Positions 16,722 to 26,221 of a stretch of DNA of 64,000 bases are shown here, piece by piece (positions within the stretch are counted from its first letter, which is position 1; each line of letters begins with the position of its first letter). This DNA comes from a candidate division WOR-3 bacterium (GTDB taxonomy: Bacteria > Hydrothermota > Tepidihabitantia > Tepidihabitantales > Tepidihabitantaceae): positions 117,488 to 181,487 of the forward strand of contig CBFGKH010000006.1 in NCBI GenBank assembly GCA_965649295.1. The letters are read 5' to 3'. A program made the translations under genes and the position numbers. The notes beneath the pieces are model-generated. The model was not told where the DNA came from and ran no database searches. It worked only from the letters and a program-made list of their open reading frames with translations.

Positions 16722-18545
16722 TCACTCCACCGTCACGCTCTTGGCTAGGTTGCGCGGCTTGTCCACATCGCAGCCGCGGAGAACCGCAGCGTGATACGCA
16801 AGTAGTTGCAGCGGCAGCGCAACGAGAATTGGCGATAGATACTCTGGTGTCGGCGGCAGGTAGAAGACGTCTTCAGCCAACTCAGCCAAGGCCCGGTCGC
16901 CGACCGTCCCCACGGCGATTATCCGCCCCTTGCGCGCTTTGGCCTCGGCCAGATTGGAGATCATCTTATCGTACACCGAACCCTGCGGCGCGATACCAAT
17001 GACCGGCACGCCATCGGTAATGAGTGATATTGGGCCGTGCTTCATCTCGCCAGCCGGATAACCAGTAGCATGGACGTAGGCGACCTCTTTCAACTTCAGT
17101 GCACCCTCAAGGGCTGAAGGATAGTTGATGCCCCGGCCGAGGAATATGAAGTCGTGCTCTTTGACCAGCTTCGCGGCCGTCTCCCGCACCCGGGCATCAA
17201 GCCCAAGACAGGCCCGAAGCTGCTCGGGCAGCCGGCGCACCGCCCGGCGAATCTCGGCGTATTTCTCATCGGGCAGGCTATGACGCACCCGGGCAAAATA
17301 GAGCGCCACTGCCAATAGCGTCAGGATTTGAGCTGTGTAGGCTTTGGTCGAGGCGACGCCAATCTCAGGCCCGGCATGGATATAGACCGACGAATCTGCC
17401 TCACGGTCAATGGAGGAACGCCGGGTATTGAGAATCGCCAGTGACTTGATGTCGCGGCACTGGGCCTCGCGCAGAGCTGCCAGCGTGTCGGCCGTCTCAC
17501 CCGACTGGCTAATCGGCAGCATCAGGGTCCGACCATCGTAGATGAACTCGGAGGTGCGCAGCTCCGACGAAATCTCCACCGACACCGGTATCCGGCAGAA
17601 TTTCTCGAAGTAGTAGCGGCCGATCAGACCGGCGTGATAGGAGGTACCGCAGGCCTGAATCACAATCCGCTCGACCCGTTCGACCTCGTCCGGATAGAGC
17701 AGAAACTCTGGGTCCAGCGCGATGCGGTCAGCGTGGAATCGGCGCTCGACATTTTCTTCTATTACCCGCGGCTGCTCGAAAATCTCCTTACGCATGAAGT
17801 GCGGATAGCGGCCGCGCGTCACCGCCTTCGCCTTCAGCTCCAGCGCCGAGAAGCTGCGCCGTACCGGTCGCCCCTGCAGGTCGGTAAGCTGTACTCGCTC
17901 CCGGGTAATGATGGCAATCTCGCCGTCCTGCATTGGCAGCATCTTGCGGGCGACCCCGGCCAGCGCCGTGGCGTCAGAAGCCAGAATCGTCTCACCCTTG
18001 CCCAGCCCGATAATCAACGGCGAGCCGGTTTTCACCGCATAAAGCCGGTCCGGCTCGCGGGTTGAGACCACCGCAATCGCATAAGCGCCCCGCAGCCGGG
18101 CCGCTGCCCGGCGCAGGGCCAAGGCCAGGTCGCGCTTGTAGTAGCTCTCAATCAGGTGCACAATAACCTCGGTGTCGGTTGTCGAGACAAACTTGTGGCC
18201 CTGCTTTAGTAGTTGCTCGCGCAGCTCGCGGTAGTTCTCAATAATGCCGTTGTGCACCAGGGCAATCGTCCCGGTGCAGTCGGCAAACGGGTGGGCGTTC
18301 TCATCGGTCACGCGACCGTGCGTTGCCCAGCGAGTGTGGCCGACACCGAGCGAACCAGGCAGACTCTCCTGGGCGAGCAGTTCTTTCAGCTTGGCCAGCC
18401 GGCCCGCGGTCTTGCGAATGTGCAGACCGTCATCAACCGTGGCGATGCCACAGGAGTCGTAGCCGCGGTATTCCAGCCGCTCCAGCCCGACCAAGATGAC
18501 CGTCGCGACGTTTCTTGGCCCGACGTAACCAACGATACCACACAT
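16722..18545 (-). CDS. glmS: Glutamine-fructose-6-phosphate transaminase (isomerizing)
   Basis: MCGIVG N-terminal nucleophile, LEYRGYDS, GHTRWATHG, SQSGETAD, PRNLAKSVTVE. Confidence 0.98.
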   Translation of the reverse strand: MCGIVGYVGPRNVATVILVGLERLEYRGYDSCGIATVDDGLHIRKTAGRLAKLKELLAQESLPGSLGVGHTRWATHGRVTDENAHPFADCTGTIALVHNGIIENYRELREQLLKQGHKFVSTTDTEVIVHLIESYYKRDLALALRRAAARLRGAYAIAVVSTREPDRLYAVKTGSPLIIGLGKGETILASDATALAGVARKMLPMQDGEIAIITRERVQLTDLQGRPVRRSFSALELKAKAVTRGRYPHFMRKEIFEQPRVIEENVERRFHADRIALDPEFLLYPDEVERVERIVIQACGTSYHAGLIGRYYFEKFCRIPVSVEISSELRTSEFIYDGRTLMLPISQSGETADTLAALREAQCRDIKSLAILNTRRSSIDREADSSVYIHAGPEIGVASTKAYTAQILTLLAVALYFARVRHSLPDEKYAEIRRAVRRLPEQLRACLGLDARVRETAAKLVKEHDFIFLGRGINYPSALEGALKLKEVAYVHATGYPAGEMKHGPISLITDGVPVIGIAPQGSVYDKMISNLAEAKARKGRIIAVGTVGDRALAELAEDVFYLPPTPEYLSPILVALPLQLLAYHAAVLRGCDVDKPRNLAKSVTVE

Positions 18546-18553
18546 CGCCGGCG

Positions 18554-19945
18554 CTACTCCTTTGTTCCGGCCAGCAGCGTTCGCGCCTGCTCGACCACTG
18601 CCTCGGCCCGTTCGCGCGTCCTGGCCTCGGCGATTATCCTCAAGAGCGGCTCGGTATTCGACGGCCGCACATGCAGCCAGTAGTCGCTGCCCGCAATGCG
18701 CAGCCCGTCCTGAGTGTCCACGGCGGCGTCAGCGAACCCGGCCAGCAGTTGCGGCGTTCGTTCGGCGAACTCCTCACGCGAGACCGCTAGTGTCGTCTTC
18801 ACCATTTCGTAGTGCGGCAGCCGCTGCCGGATGGCTGACAGCCTCACGTTCGGCTGGCTGAGCAACGCCAGCACTGTCGCGGCTGCGACCAGCCCGTCGC
18901 GAGTCGGGTTGACACTCGGCACAATCACACCACCGTTCCCCTCGCCGCCCAGCACCGCGCCGGTCTCAAGCATTCGCTCCAGCACCGACACTTCGCCGAC
19001 CGGCGTCCGAACCACCTCGGCTCCCAGTGTCCGGCAGACATCTTCGACGGCCCGTGTCGTCGAAAGGTTGACAACCACCTTGGCGCTTTGGCTCTTGGTT
19101 TTTGGCTTTTGGCTTTCGCCTTGGGCTCCGAGTAGGCTCAGGCATGCGAGGCATATCGTCGCTTCTTCTCCCAATGGCGTCCCGGTCTCATCCACGCAAC
19201 TGAAGCGGTCACCGTCCGGGTCGAACGCCAATCCGGCATCCAGCCCCTGCTCCCGCACCACGGTGCAGAGCGTACCCAGGTGCGCTGCCATCGGTTCGGG
19301 TCGGCGCGGAAAACCGTGCTTCATTGTCGCCGGTGACGGATCGCAGTAGATGCACGTCACCTCGTGCCCAAACCTCTCGACCAGTCGCTTCGCCGCCACT
19401 GCCGCTGCCCCATTGGCCGCGTCAATCCCAATGCGCCGCCGCGCGCCGGCTTGCGGACAGATGCCGCTGGCGACAATCGCCGCCACATGCTCGTCAACTG
19501 CCCCACCGTCTGCCTGAACCGGCTGCAGCCCCAGCCAGTCAGTCCGCCGCACCGGCCCACTAGCCCGGGAGCGCAGTTCCTCAATCTCGGCCGGCCGCAG
19601 AAAGGTGCCATCGCTGCGGCAGAACTTCATTCCATTCCAACGGTCGGGGTTGTGGCTGGCAGTGATTACAATACCGCCGGCCAGGTTGTGAGTACGGGTG
19701 TAATACAAAACGGTCGGCGTCGGAACGATACCAAGGTCAACAACCTCACAGCCAACCGAAGCCAGGCCGGCAACTGCCGCGGCCGCAAGCATCTCACCTG
19801 ACAACCGTGAGTCACGTCCCAGCGCCACCCGCTGGCCGACGCGCGTTGACCCGAACGCCGCCGCGAACCGGGTCACTGTTTCGGGAAGCAGGTCATCGCC
19901 GACGACACCACGCAGACCAGAGATGCTGAGAATGGGATGCTGCAC
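18554..19945 (-). CDS. glmM: Phosphoglucosamine mutase / alpha-D-phosphohexomutase
   Basis: ISGLRG, ITASHNP, FDPDGDR, GGEGNGG, VRPSNTEP; adjacent to glmS. Start GTG 19945 lies 7 nt after TTGACC-N17-TATAAT. Confidence 0.85.
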   Translation of the reverse strand: MQHPILSISGLRGVVGDDLLPETVTRFAAAFGSTRVGQRVALGRDSRLSGEMLAAAAVAGLASVGCEVVDLGIVPTPTVLYYTRTHNLAGGIVITASHNPDRWNGMKFCRSDGTFLRPAEIEELRSRASGPVRRTDWLGLQPVQADGGAVDEHVAAIVASGICPQAGARRRIGIDAANGAAAVAAKRLVERFGHEVTCIYCDPSPATMKHGFPRRPEPMAAHLGTLCTVVREQGLDAGLAFDPDGDRFSCVDETGTPLGEEATICLACLSLLGAQGESQKPKTKSQSAKVVVNLSTTRAVEDVCRTLGAEVVRTPVGEVSVLERMLETGAVLGGEGNGGVIVPSVNPTRDGLVAAATVLALLSQPNVRLSAIRQRLPHYEMVKTTLAVSREEFAERTPQLLAGFADAAVDTQDGLRIAGSDYWLHVRPSNTEPLLRIIAEARTRERAEAVVEQARTLLAGTKE

Positions 19946-19952
19946 TGGGGCG

Positions 19953-19981
19953 ATTATAGTCCCAGTGCCGCAAGGGGTCAA
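19953..19981 (-). promoter_or_regulatory. Sigma70 promoter of glmM-glmS, leaderless configuration
   Basis: TTGACC-N17-TATAAT then 7 nt to GTG. Confidence 0.7.
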
Positions 19982-20124
19982 ACTGCCAGAGGCTGTCATT
20001 TTGCGGCGGCAACGCGGCCGAGGAACCGTCGGGCTGGTTGCGACTGTGTGCCAACCCGCATCGCCGCTTTGACTTCTGCCCGCTGCTCTGCTAACTTCTG
20101 ACCAAGACGCAGCGGTGAACCCCG

Positions 20125-21261
20125 ATGAAACGACTTGCGCTGTCCCTCTTTGTCCTGACATTTCTTGTCGCCGGCTGCGGCCAGCAGCCGGTGGTCTGGC
20201 AGTACCGGATTGACAGAAACAACGATGAGATGGCGAAGGCCATAACGACCGACGGCACGAACCTCTATGTCGGCGCGACCGTGGTAAGGCCGGACGGTTC
20301 GGACCGGGCAATACCGCTCGTCACCAAGCTCTCGCCCGATGGCAAGGAGCTATGGTCGAAGCTGTATCAGTACGCGGTGTACAGCACCTGCGAAGACCTG
20401 GTTGCTGACAGCACTGGCACCTGCTACTTGGTTGGCCGCGTCCGGCCCCAGGAGAAGACCGCCTGCCTGGTTGCCAGCTATGCGCCGGACAGCCGGGTGC
20501 TCTGGCAGAAAGGGCTCGAACTCGGGGACAAGACCTGGGGAATGGGCATCACCAAGGTCGGTGAAGACAAGCTCGCCATCTGCGGCCTTGCCGGCACCGA
20601 GGAGAACAGCGACTACCTGATTGCCCTGCTCAACGCTGGAGACGGCCGTACGATTTGGGCCCGCAACTACGACCTGAGCAAGAGCGACATCGCTTGGCGC
20701 ATCGCCAGCGACCACAAAGGCAATCTGGCAGTTGTCGGCCAACACGGTAACGATGACATCATCGTCATCAAGACAGCGCCGAACGGCGATACCCTCTGGA
20801 CCCGCAGCTATGACTCCGGCGGTGAGGACCGGGCTGGCGACATCGCCTTTGACCCGTTCGGCAACGTGCTTGTCACCGGCACGGCTCAAGTCGGCGATTC
20901 CACCCGCTGCGTCATCCTTGAATACGACCCGGACGGCGGCGTCATTCGCAAGGCCGCCTACGGTGAACAGGCTCAGGCCGAAGGCCGGGGCATCTGCGTC
21001 ACCCCCGCCAGCGACATCTTCATTGCCGGCACGCTGCTCGGTGCGAAGACCGCGACCGGACGCAAGGCCGAACTCCTCGCCTTCGAATACCGACCGAGTG
21101 CGGTGTCAGTTTGGGAGCGGCACTACGCACCATCAGGAGACGAAGCAGCGGGTGTGGACTTGGTCGTAGCCGACAATGTCTATGCCGTCGCCAACGTCAA
21201 CAGTCGAACCCGGGATGCCGTGGTCTGCTGCTTCAGCCGGCCAGTCCCAAAGCGACGTTAG
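20125..21261 (+). CDS. Lipoprotein with SBBP/PQQ-like beta-propeller repeats
   Basis: Lipobox LVAGC; repeats such as KTAPNGDTLWTRSYD and DPFGNVLVTG. Confidence 0.75.
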   Translation: MKRLALSLFVLTFLVAGCGQQPVVWQYRIDRNNDEMAKAITTDGTNLYVGATVVRPDGSDRAIPLVTKLSPDGKELWSKLYQYAVYSTCEDLVADSTGTCYLVGRVRPQEKTACLVASYAPDSRVLWQKGLELGDKTWGMGITKVGEDKLAICGLAGTEENSDYLIALLNAGDGRTIWARNYDLSKSDIAWRIASDHKGNLAVVGQHGNDDIIVIKTAPNGDTLWTRSYDSGGEDRAGDIAFDPFGNVLVTGTAQVGDSTRCVILEYDPDGGVIRKAAYGEQAQAEGRGICVTPASDIFIAGTLLGAKTATGRKAELLAFEYRPSAVSVWERHYAPSGDEAAGVDLVVADNVYAVANVNSRTRDAVVCCFSRPVPKRR

Positions 21262-21783
21262 ATGATCGCTGCTCTTAGCGGCATCCGGCCGGTTATCGCT
21301 CCTGACGCCTATATCGCGCCCAATGCCACAATCATCGGCCGCGTGACGGTCGGTTCGGGTTCGAGCATCTGGTTCAACACCGTCCTGCGCGGCGATATGG
21401 ACGCAATCACGGTCGGCACTGATACGAATATCCAGGACCTCGCAATGGTTCACGTTGACGATAAGACGCCCTGCATTATCGGCAGCCGCGTGACCATCGG
21501 CCACCGCGCCATCGTCCACGGCTGCGTCCTCGAAGACGAATGTCTCGTCGGGATGGGCGCAGTGATTCAGAACCGGGCCCACATCGGCCGCCACTCGCTC
21601 GTTGCCTCCGGTTCGGTGGTGCGCGAGGGCTTTACGGTGCCACCGGGCAAGCTCGTCGTCGGTGTGCCCGCGGTAGTAAAGCGCGACCTGACCGCGGCCG
21701 AGATTGAGCTGATTCTGCACATCAGCCGTAACTACGCGGCCCGGGGACGACAATACCAGACCGGGTTTGTAAGGCTGGACTAA
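21262..21783 (+). CDS. Gamma carbonic anhydrase family (left-handed beta-helix) protein
   Basis: SIWFNTVLRGD, TNIQD..VH, TIGHRAIVHGC (His ligands). Confidence 0.92.
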   Translation: MIAALSGIRPVIAPDAYIAPNATIIGRVTVGSGSSIWFNTVLRGDMDAITVGTDTNIQDLAMVHVDDKTPCIIGSRVTIGHRAIVHGCVLEDECLVGMGAVIQNRAHIGRHSLVASGSVVREGFTVPPGKLVVGVPAVVKRDLTAAEIELILHISRNYAARGRQYQTGFVRLD

Positions 21784-21784
21784 G

Positions 21785-23194
21785 ATGCTGGGGCTGCTGC
21801 TCGGGCTGATTGCATCTCCGCTGTCCGGGCCGGGCGACATCGGCCAGGCCTTCTTCAACCAGTCCTGGTGCCAGCAACCTACCAGCGGCCACTACCAACC
21901 ACCGCTGCCGCGTTCACTCGGCCTCGGCCAGGTTCTCCTTGACTCTGGCCCGATTACCGCCTACAGCGTCTGCACCGACACTAGCGGCACCGTCTGGCTC
22001 GCGCTCGCCCGAGCTGATGATACCCTGCGCCTACTCGCCTCCCACGACCAGGGTCAGACCTGGCAACAACAGCAATGGCTCTATGCTGGAGCGCCGCTCC
22101 GTCAGGTCAGGCTGCTTTCGCCGGTGGCTGGCCCGGTTGTCCTGCTGGCATTCGTTCTGGTCGCGAGTGGTGACGGTGACCTCTGGCTCTGGCGCGTCAA
22201 TCAGGACACCGGCTCGGCGCTGCTGCCGGTTGTTGTTGGCCCGGATACGATTGACGACTTTGCGGTGGCGCTCGACCGCACCACAAACTACTACACCTAC
22301 TGTGTCTATGTCAACGAGCGCCGGGCCGGCCGCACCGGTGGCTTCATCCGCAGTAGCGACCAGGGCCAGACCTGGAGTCCAGAAACCGACTTCTGGAACG
22401 CCCACGACCCCCAGCTTCTCGCCACCAACAGTTCAATGGTGCACGCTGCCTGGCGCTTTGCCATCGGCGGCACCCAGCTTCACTATGCCTACAACCGTCA
22501 CTGCGGAACACCCCGGTACTGGTCAACGGTTCGGACTCTCACCGCCAGCCGCTACCGCCACTCCTCACCGCTGTTGGCTCAGGCTGACACCGGTGGCGGC
22601 TACTGGTCAGCGGTCTGGGCATTCTCGACCGTCTATCGCTACGACACCCTCAGCCGCGAGATTGAGTATGCTTGGAGTCCCACTAACGGCGACTGGTGGT
22701 TCACCGGCAAAGCCTTGGGCAACAGCTTTGTCGAGCAGTGGCCGGTCAGCCTTGCCAGCGACCCGACCGGCCCGGGTGGTTTTGTCGGCCTGCTCTACCT
22801 TTCCGGCCGGATTCTGGCGCTCGACTCACTCCAGCTCTACTGGCGCTGCGCCAACATCTACAGCCCTGAGTTCTGGACCCCGCCGGTGCTGGTCAGCTCC
22901 TCGCCGGTCATCCCCGAACCGGCACCGCAGCTCTGCCATGTTCGGTTTGGCGACTGGCGCGGCCCGCTCGTCTTCTACTGCACCGCCGACTCCGCCCTCA
23001 ACATCGGCGCCGGCTGGCTGCCACCACCAAGCGACACCTCCCCGCGGCCAATCGTTGCCGGCCGCACCCCAAAGCCAACCGCCGCCATCTACGATGCGCT
23101 TGGCCGCCGCGTCAACCCGCAAAACCTTCGGCCCGGCATCTACTTCTACCGTCCGACCACCGGCCCCAGTTGCCGAACTCTCCTCCGACCCTGA
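21785..23194 (+). CDS. Secreted BNR-repeat protein, paralog of 421-1863, with short degenerate sorting tail
   Basis: SHDQGQTW, RSSDQGQTW; shares VGPDTI.DFA motif with 421-1863; tail IYDALGRRV..LRPGIYF. Confidence 0.7.
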   Translation: MLGLLLGLIASPLSGPGDIGQAFFNQSWCQQPTSGHYQPPLPRSLGLGQVLLDSGPITAYSVCTDTSGTVWLALARADDTLRLLASHDQGQTWQQQQWLYAGAPLRQVRLLSPVAGPVVLLAFVLVASGDGDLWLWRVNQDTGSALLPVVVGPDTIDDFAVALDRTTNYYTYCVYVNERRAGRTGGFIRSSDQGQTWSPETDFWNAHDPQLLATNSSMVHAAWRFAIGGTQLHYAYNRHCGTPRYWSTVRTLTASRYRHSSPLLAQADTGGGYWSAVWAFSTVYRYDTLSREIEYAWSPTNGDWWFTGKALGNSFVEQWPVSLASDPTGPGGFVGLLYLSGRILALDSLQLYWRCANIYSPEFWTPPVLVSSSPVIPEPAPQLCHVRFGDWRGPLVFYCTADSALNIGAGWLPPPSDTSPRPIVAGRTPKPTAAIYDALGRRVNPQNLRPGIYFYRPTTGPSCRTLLRP

Positions 23195-24990
23195 AACCAC
23201 TCCAGCCGCCCTTCTGTCCGACCACGGCCGCCGAAATGAAATCACTCGGCTGGGACGAGTGTGACATCATCATCGTCACCGGCGACGCCTACGTTGACCA
23301 TCCTGCCTTTGGAACAGCCATCATCAGTCGGGTGCTGCTCGCTGCCGGCTACCGCGTCGGCATCATCCCCCAACCGCGCTGGCAAAATCCGGTTGACATC
23401 AGCCGGCTCGGCCGGCCCCGGCTCTTCTTCGGCGTCACCGCCGGCAACGTTGACTCGCTTTTGGCCAACCACAGCCCCACCCTCAACCGGCGCCAGCGCG
23501 ACGACTACTCACCAGCCGGCCAGCCGGGCCGACGACCGGACCGGGCAACAATCGTCTATTGCAATCTCCTGCGGCAGGCTTTCCCCGATACCCCCCTCGT
23601 CATCGGCGGCATCGAAGCCAGCCTGCGCCGACTCGCCCACTACGACTACTGGACCGACTCGGTGCGCCGCTCCCTCCTCCTTGACACCCGCGCCGACATC
23701 CTTGCCTACGGCATGGCCGAACGAGCAGTCCTCACCATCGCCGAGCGCCTGAGCTGCCCCAGCCCTGACCTCGCTGGCATTCCCGGCACCGCCATCATCA
23801 GCCGCGACCCGCCCCCTGGCCCGCACGTACTGTTGCCGGCGTTCGAACAGGTAAGCAAAGACAAAGCCGCCTTCAATCAGGCGTTCCGCCGCTGGTATTG
23901 CGAAACCGCCAAGCCGGTTGTCCAACCCCACAGTGACCGGCTCGTAATCCAATACCCGCCCGGCCCACCACTCCCCACCGCCGAACTCGACCGCATCTAC
24001 GAACTCCCCTACTCGCGCCAGCCCCATCCGTCCTACCGGCAGCCAATACCGGCACTGGCCACCGTCCGATTCTCAATCACCTCCCATCGCGGCTGTCTTG
24101 GCACCTGCTCATTCTGCTCACTCGCCGCCCACCAGGGCCGCATAGTCCAGTCCCGCAGCCCCGAATCAATCCTGCGCGAAGCCCAAATCATCACCAAACT
24201 GGCCGACTTTCGCGGCCACATCACCGACATCGGCGGCCCCAGCGCCAACATGTACCAAGCCACCTGCCCGCAACTGCGACGAGGCACCGCCTGCGCCAAC
24301 CGCGAATGCACCCATCCCCAGCCCTGCCCCAATCTCCAACTCGCATTCGAACAACAACTCGAAATGCTCGCGGCAGTGCGAAGACTGCCCGAAGTCAAAA
24401 AAGTCTCGGTCGGCACCGGCATCCGCTTCGACCTCCTCGCCAACCCGGCCGGCACCCGCTACCTCGAACAACTCTGCCGCCACTACCTCTCCGGCCAGTT
24501 GCGCATTGCACCCGAACACGTCTCCGATCGAGTCCTCGCCGCCATGCACAAAGGCCGGCACGAGGCCTACCGCCAGTTCCGCCGCCGCTTCTATGCCATA
24601 AACCGGCAACTGGGGCGAAAACAATACCTGATACCCTACTTCATCTCCGGCCATCCCGGCGCGACAATCGAAGACGCCGTCCGCCTCGCCGAACACCTCG
24701 TGCGAACCGAACGTATCCTCATCCGGCAGGTGCAACAGTTCACCCCGCTGCCCATGACCGCGGCCGCTGCTGCCTGGCACACCGGCCATGACCCCTTCAC
24801 CGGCCAACCCCTGCCGGTTGCCCGCGACCCCAAAGAACAACGGCTCCAACGGGCCCTGCTCCAGCTTCAACAACCCAAAAACTTCAACTACGCTGTCCAA
24901 GAACTGCAGCGCCGCGGCCGACCCGACCTGGCCAAACGGCTCCTCGCCCTGCAGCCGCTGCTCAACCGCCGTCTTGACAGCCGCCAATGA
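23170..24990 (+). CDS. ygiQ: YgiQ family (UPF0313) radical SAM protein
   Basis: IVTGDAYVDHPAFG, GVTAGNVDS, HRGCLGTCSFC (CxxxCxxC), DIGGPSANMY, PYFISGHPG. Confidence 0.9.
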   Translation: MPNSPPTLKPLQPPFCPTTAAEMKSLGWDECDIIIVTGDAYVDHPAFGTAIISRVLLAAGYRVGIIPQPRWQNPVDISRLGRPRLFFGVTAGNVDSLLANHSPTLNRRQRDDYSPAGQPGRRPDRATIVYCNLLRQAFPDTPLVIGGIEASLRRLAHYDYWTDSVRRSLLLDTRADILAYGMAERAVLTIAERLSCPSPDLAGIPGTAIISRDPPPGPHVLLPAFEQVSKDKAAFNQAFRRWYCETAKPVVQPHSDRLVIQYPPGPPLPTAELDRIYELPYSRQPHPSYRQPIPALATVRFSITSHRGCLGTCSFCSLAAHQGRIVQSRSPESILREAQIITKLADFRGHITDIGGPSANMYQATCPQLRRGTACANRECTHPQPCPNLQLAFEQQLEMLAAVRRLPEVKKVSVGTGIRFDLLANPAGTRYLEQLCRHYLSGQLRIAPEHVSDRVLAAMHKGRHEAYRQFRRRFYAINRQLGRKQYLIPYFISGHPGATIEDAVRLAEHLVRTERILIRQVQQFTPLPMTAAAAAWHTGHDPFTGQPLPVARDPKEQRLQRALLQLQQPKNFNYAVQELQRRGRPDLAKRLLALQPLLNRRLDSRQ

Positions 24991-25029
24991 CCAAAGCTAC
25001 ACTTCGCTGAAACTGAAAGGAGATAGGCT

Positions 25030-25647
25030 ATGAGGCACTTGCCGTGGCTGACCCTGCTCCTGCTCAGCGCGGGCTGCAACCCGTTCCAGCAGGACAAAGA
25101 GTTCAAACCCAAAGGAACCCCGTTCACCCTCAATCCGGCAATCACCGTCACCGCCCTCTACGGCTCAGACACCGGCTACAGCCGCCACGGGTTCTTCAAC
25201 CTCGAACTACGCGGCCGGGCCACTACCATTGTCATCGAAACCCTGCCCGGCGGACTCTTCTTCATCCCCAAAAACAAAGAGACCCAGAACCTGATAGTCA
25301 TCAAGCCCCAGGTCTTCTTATTCAGCACCGTCGAGACAACCTATGTCATCGGCGCATTCTGCTGCAACGCCGGCCTCCACGCGCCCGACGCATCAGACGA
25401 CTACACAATAGGCCCGGTTACCGACAATCCTGACCTGCGGAAGATTGTCAACATTTGCGCCGACCGCGACCTCACCTTTCACGGATTCCTGGTCCAGGAA
25501 GCAGTCTGGCAGGTAACCGATGGCGACGGCCTCACCCCGGGCATGGAAGACTCGCTGCGCAACCTGCTACCACCCGACACCTCGCGCCTGCCCGAACCAA
25601 CGTCATTGCCCCTGCGACCACTAAAACCGCAACCCCGAAAATACTAG
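25030..25647 (+). CDS. Lipoprotein with thioester-domain-like motifs (FCCN, QEAVW), paralog 1
   Basis: Lipobox LSAGC; GAFCCN..P..YTIGPVTDNPDLR..VQEAVWQVTD. Confidence 0.75.
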   Translation: MRHLPWLTLLLLSAGCNPFQQDKEFKPKGTPFTLNPAITVTALYGSDTGYSRHGFFNLELRGRATTIVIETLPGGLFFIPKNKETQNLIVIKPQVFLFSTVETTYVIGAFCCNAGLHAPDASDDYTIGPVTDNPDLRKIVNICADRDLTFHGFLVQEAVWQVTDGDGLTPGMEDSLRNLLPPDTSRLPEPTSLPLRPLKPQPRKY

Positions 25648-25650
25648 CCA

Positions 25651-26211
25651 ATGCGCCGGCTGCTACCCGTCCTGCTGCTCCTGCTCCTGGCCGGCTGCGA
25701 CTACCTGGGCACCGGCGAATTTGAGCCAACCGGCACGCCATTCAACCTCAATCCGCAGCTCGACGTTGTCGCCATCACCGGCAGCCCGGAAACCGACCCC
25801 CGCGGCCCAATGACAATGCGAATGACCCTCGCCTCAAACACCGGTAGCCCGGCCAGCGACCTACTGCCCGCCGGACTAACCCTCCGCCGGCGCAACACCA
25901 CTGCCCAGCACATGATACTCCTCAAACCGCATGCCGTCACCGCTCCGGCCACCGGCAGCACCGCCAATCGCCTTGGCGCGTTCTGCTGCAACCGCTGGCG
26001 CCGACCGCCCGAAATCGAAGACGCCTACGACATCGGCCCGATAACCGACGACCCCGGGCTGCGCCAGATTATCGCACTCGTTCGCGACAAAGACATCAGT
26101 GACGGCAGCAACATGTGGATGGTGCAACGCGCAGTCTATATGGTCACCGATTCAACTGGGCTGAATCAGGCTTACATTGACTCGCTCAATTCCTTGCCAC
26201 CGGCTCGTTGA
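25651..26211 (+). CDS. Lipoprotein with thioester-domain-like motifs (FCCN, QRAVY), paralog 2
   Basis: Lipobox LLAGC; GAFCCN..PP..YDIGPITDDPGLR..VQRAVYMVTD. Confidence 0.75.
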   Translation: MRRLLPVLLLLLLAGCDYLGTGEFEPTGTPFNLNPQLDVVAITGSPETDPRGPMTMRMTLASNTGSPASDLLPAGLTLRRRNTTAQHMILLKPHAVTAPATGSTANRLGAFCCNRWRRPPEIEDAYDIGPITDDPGLRQIIALVRDKDISDGSNMWMVQRAVYMVTDSTGLNQAYIDSLNSLPPAR

Positions 26212-26221
26212 AGCGGATGCG

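Noticed and set aside
18546-18553. glmS ribozyme
   Set aside because: Only 8 nt separate glmM and glmS, so there is no room.
18554-20311. Long N-terminal extensions in the ORF track (glmM, hutH, bactofilin-like 32920, fibre 2, SBBP 43633, DMT 49901)
   Set aside because: Homology begins at downstream starts that have SD or promoter support, and the extensions overlap neighbouring genes or promoters.
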